From the NCBI GenBank assembly GCA_001724265.1, contig MEDY01000001.1:1-64000 (forward strand): a DNA stretch of 64,000 bases, read 5' to 3'. The DNA comes from Rhizaria sp. SCN 62-66 (taxonomy: Eukaryota). Of this stretch, positions 61,356 through 64,000 are shown in pieces; within the stretch, counting starts at the first letter, position 1; each line of letters opens with the position of its first letter. Under the pieces are notes generated by a model, which was not told the origin of the DNA, did not search any database, and saw only the letters and a list, made by a program, of their open reading frames with translations. The position numbers and the translations under genes were made by a program.

Positions 61356-63014
61356 TTACTTGGTGATGACGAACTCATCGGCAACGCGGCCAGTGGTGAC
61401 GTCGTAGTACTTGACGTCCATCTTGTTGTCCGCGATCTCGATCGTCAGGAAGCCCTGCTGCGTGTTGCCCGTGGCGGACCACTCCTGGTCAACCTTGACC
61501 TCACGCATGCCCTCGCGATTGCCGCCAGCGCCGGAGACAATGTAAACGGGCGCGCCGGGCCGCTCGTAGCTCTGCGTGACGCGCTTCTCGTGCGCGACGG
61601 GGAAGGAACGTTCGTAGCCGTGCTGGTGGCCCGAGATGTGCAGGTCAATACCAGCCTTGATCAGGTCAGCCTCGACGCGCTTGCGGATCAGTGACGCGAA
61701 GACGCCGCACTGCGCCTTGCTGGCCGGGGTCGTGCAGTACACGGGGCGGTGGAACGCCGCGATGCGCCAGGTCGCGTTAGCGGCGCGCGTGGCCTGCTCC
61801 TCGCGGAACCACGCGATCTGGGCGTCGGAGATCTCGGGGGTGTTGATCTGCGACTCGGAGCTCATCATGCTGATGTGCACCGTGCCGAGGCGGAGGCCGT
61901 AGTAGTGGTTCTGGCTCACGGCGTAGTTGGGCATCTGGAAACGGGTGCGGTAGGCCTTGAAGTTGAACAGCATCTCGTGATTGCCGGGCGCGGTCATGAC
62001 GGGAATGTAAGCGGCCACGGGTGCCAGAACGCGCATGAAGAGGTCCCAGTGGGCCTCGTAGCCGTCGGCGTAGCCCATGTCGCCGACGAGCAGCAGCGCG
62101 TGGTAGCTGTGGCTCTGCACGATATCGACCATGCCGTCGACGACCGCCTTGCCGACGCCGTAGTCGAGGTCGGCGATCTGGAGCAGACGCAGCGGGGACG
62201 CCTTAGTGCCGAGAATGGCGCGGGAGGGCAGCGTGCGGAAAGAGAAGGTCTCGGAGGCGATCTCGTTGGACACGACGGTGTAGGCGTAGACGGTGTCGGG
62301 GCGCAGGCCGGAGAGCGTGGCGTGGTGCACGACGCCGTTCCACTGCGACACGGTGTAGGTCGTGGAAGTGGCGTTGGCGATGACGAAGTTGTCCGTGGTG
62401 CCAGCGCGGCGGAACGAGACGAACGGGCGGCTCGTCTCGGTCTGAGCGACCCAAGATACGGTCATTTCGTCCTCGCGGTCGCCGAGCGCGATGTGGACCT
62501 GCTCAGGGGCGGACTTGTGGACGCAGCAATTGATAGTGCAGACGGGCACGATGAGCGAGCAGAACGCCTCGGCCTCCCACTCAAGCTTCAGCAGAGCCGC
62601 AGTGGCCTTAGGGAGAAGGGTGAGGACAATGTTGGAGATCTTTTGGCACGTCTCGATCTTCTTCTGCTCCTTGAACACGGTGGCGCAGCCGATCTTGGCG
62701 ATGTTGATGATGGTCGCCATGGCAGTCTCGTTCATAGACACCTTGGCGATGGTGCCGACGATGTTGGTGCACGTGTCGCACGACATGGCCTTGAAGTCAG
62801 CGTCGAACTCGGCGTGGAGCTCAGGCAGGACGTTGGCCAGCTCCAGGAACGTCGAGGGCTCGCGCATCGCGTCGGTGCGGTCAAGCGAGGTGAGAGTCTG
62901 CAGCTGGTTCATGTTCTTGTGGGGGCATGAAGCAGCCATGCCGAAGGCCGCAAACACGACCAGCAGCAGAGCAACAAACACCGCAACGCGCATGCTTGTT
63001 TTTCTGCCGCGCAT
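61356..63014 (-). CDS. Secreted/lysosomal purple acid phosphatase with an N-terminal saposin-like domain, ~552 aa
   Basis: Likely ATG at 63014 (or 62993), not the TTG at 63122. Signal peptide; saposin-like Cys pattern (CDTC...GC...TC...FC...VC); PEQVHIA / LSGLRPDTVY N-domain; metal ligands ADLD, GDMGY, GNHE, AFHRP, GHQH; YER and PVYIVSGAGGN C-domain; ends in TAA. Confidence 0.92.
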   Translation of the reverse strand: MRGRKTSMRVAVFVALLLVVFAAFGMAASCPHKNMNQLQTLTSLDRTDAMREPSTFLELANVLPELHAEFDADFKAMSCDTCTNIVGTIAKVSMNETAMATIINIAKIGCATVFKEQKKIETCQKISNIVLTLLPKATAALLKLEWEAEAFCSLIVPVCTINCCVHKSAPEQVHIALGDREDEMTVSWVAQTETSRPFVSFRRAGTTDNFVIANATSTTYTVSQWNGVVHHATLSGLRPDTVYAYTVVSNEIASETFSFRTLPSRAILGTKASPLRLLQIADLDYGVGKAVVDGMVDIVQSHSYHALLLVGDMGYADGYEAHWDLFMRVLAPVAAYIPVMTAPGNHEMLFNFKAYRTRFQMPNYAVSQNHYYGLRLGTVHISMMSSESQINTPEISDAQIAWFREEQATRAANATWRIAAFHRPVYCTTPASKAQCGVFASLIRKRVEADLIKAGIDLHISGHQHGYERSFPVAHEKRVTQSYERPGAPVYIVSGAGGNREGMREVKVDQEWSATGNTQQGFLTIEIADNKMDVKYYDVTTGRVADEFVITK

Positions 63015-64000
63015 CGAGTCGTCAAGCACAGAGGGAGGGGTCAAGAACAGGGAATGAGCCAGGAAAGCACGTGCTGCAAACGGAGACGACGAGAGTGAAG
63101 AAACATGATGCTCGAATGGCAAGGATAATGCGTTTTCAGTCGATTAAAAGTGATGTAGAATGCAAGCATAAATGCCACATCATCACGTCATCAGCGATGA
63201 ATATCGACGGTGGGTATCATGGAATAACTTCTAAATTCCCGGAGAAGACGTCGTCGGTCGGACAAACGACGGTGGGGGTTTGAAAATGCGATTTTGAGCT
63301 TTTAACTTGATCACAGCGTTGTAGCCAATGACTACGACTTTCATTCTCACATATGATATAGAATAGACAATATTATACCACGGGCTTATCGTAAATGATC
63401 GTGCAGTCAGGTGAATGTGCGTATATAACGTAAATTTGTGTATGGTGTCCGCTTCACTCGGACGTCAGGCGTCTCAGATGCGCACGCAAGTGGCGTGAAC
63501 GTGCGCTGGCATGGGTGGAATCAATCGGGCATAGGAAGCAGTTCATGGGCCGCCCGTGTCCCACCCGCACGCCCCGCCTGGTGGCGGCAAGTGGCAGGCA
63601 TGTCAGTCCCCCATTGCCTCCAGCAACGCCATATCTGTCACCAGTAACCATAGGCAACTGAGAAATCGCAGCACGCAGGAGCAATACAACTCCAAGTCGC
63701 AGAAAGTTTTGTAAAAGACTTGATTGCCATTGCACACAGAGAGACAAACTTGGCGACGAGCGTCAAGAAAAACAAGATAAACAAATCTAGAGAGAGAGAA
63801 AACAAACAGAACAACAGACATATACACATTGGGTGGGGGAAAAAAAGAGAAAACAGAACAAACAGAGAGAAAAACAAGTATAAAAAAAACGCGAACTACT
63901 CTGCAAACAAACCAAAAGAAAGAAAGAAGAGAGTCAGTTAGTCAGTCAGAACACAAGAAGATCAAAAGGAAGCCATGCGTCAAGAGAGACGAATGCATTG

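Noticed and set aside
167-63014. Ciliate-type code with both TAA and TAG as sense
   Set aside because: TAA falls at natural protein ends (after the last CCCH His; after the phosphatase DEFVITK) and is usually followed by AT-rich non-coding DNA, so TAA is a real stop.
343-63057. Numerous long antisense and alternate-frame ORFs (e.g. 7883-10561 minus, 12041-13726 minus, 55181-56593 plus)
   Set aside because: Shadow ORFs expected from extreme GC content and codon bias; Arg/Ala-rich with no recognisable domains.
63015-63122. N-terminal extension of the phosphatase from TTG 63122
   Set aside because: Non-ATG start; the signal peptide begins right after ATG 63014/62993.
63760-63960. A/G-rich low-complexity tract giving hydrophobic ORFs on the minus strand
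   Set aside because: Simple-sequence UTR/intergenic composition; the Phe/Leu-rich translations are artefacts.
1-64000. CRISPR array, prokaryotic operon or intact transposon
   Set aside because: No repeat-spacer array, transposase or reverse-transcriptase motifs; gene content and introns are eukaryotic.

Overview
Eukaryotic (protist-like) nuclear DNA with very GC-rich coding regions, short AT-rich spacers and only four short spliceosomal introns that I can support (all GTACG...CAG, all near 5' ends). Genes: (1) divergent ankyrin-like Ala-rich protein (-); (2) a decayed Cys-rich zinc-finger-like remnant; (3) a ~2829-aa protein with about nine tandem PH-like domains (+); (4) a Nab2/ZC3H14-like PWI + RGG + CCCH protein with nucleoporin-like FG repeats (-), head-to-head with (5) canonical poly(A) polymerase (+); (6) a spliced 201-codon ORF missed by the ORF track, sitting in the apparent leader of (7) a non-canonical bZIP factor (+); (8) an intronless 11,192-aa BLTP1/Csf1/Tweek lipid-transfer protein (-); (9) histone stem-loop binding protein (+); (10) a saposin-purple acid phosphatase fusion (-). 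The main signal: genes 1 and 3 each have a proper ATG and then a single in-frame TAG (codons 36 and 42) in otherwise unbroken frames, while no gene here ends in TAG (7 TAA, 2 TGA). This suggests UAG recoding or reassignment, but nonsense mutation or assembly error is not excluded. All family calls are by eye from motifs; no searches were run.
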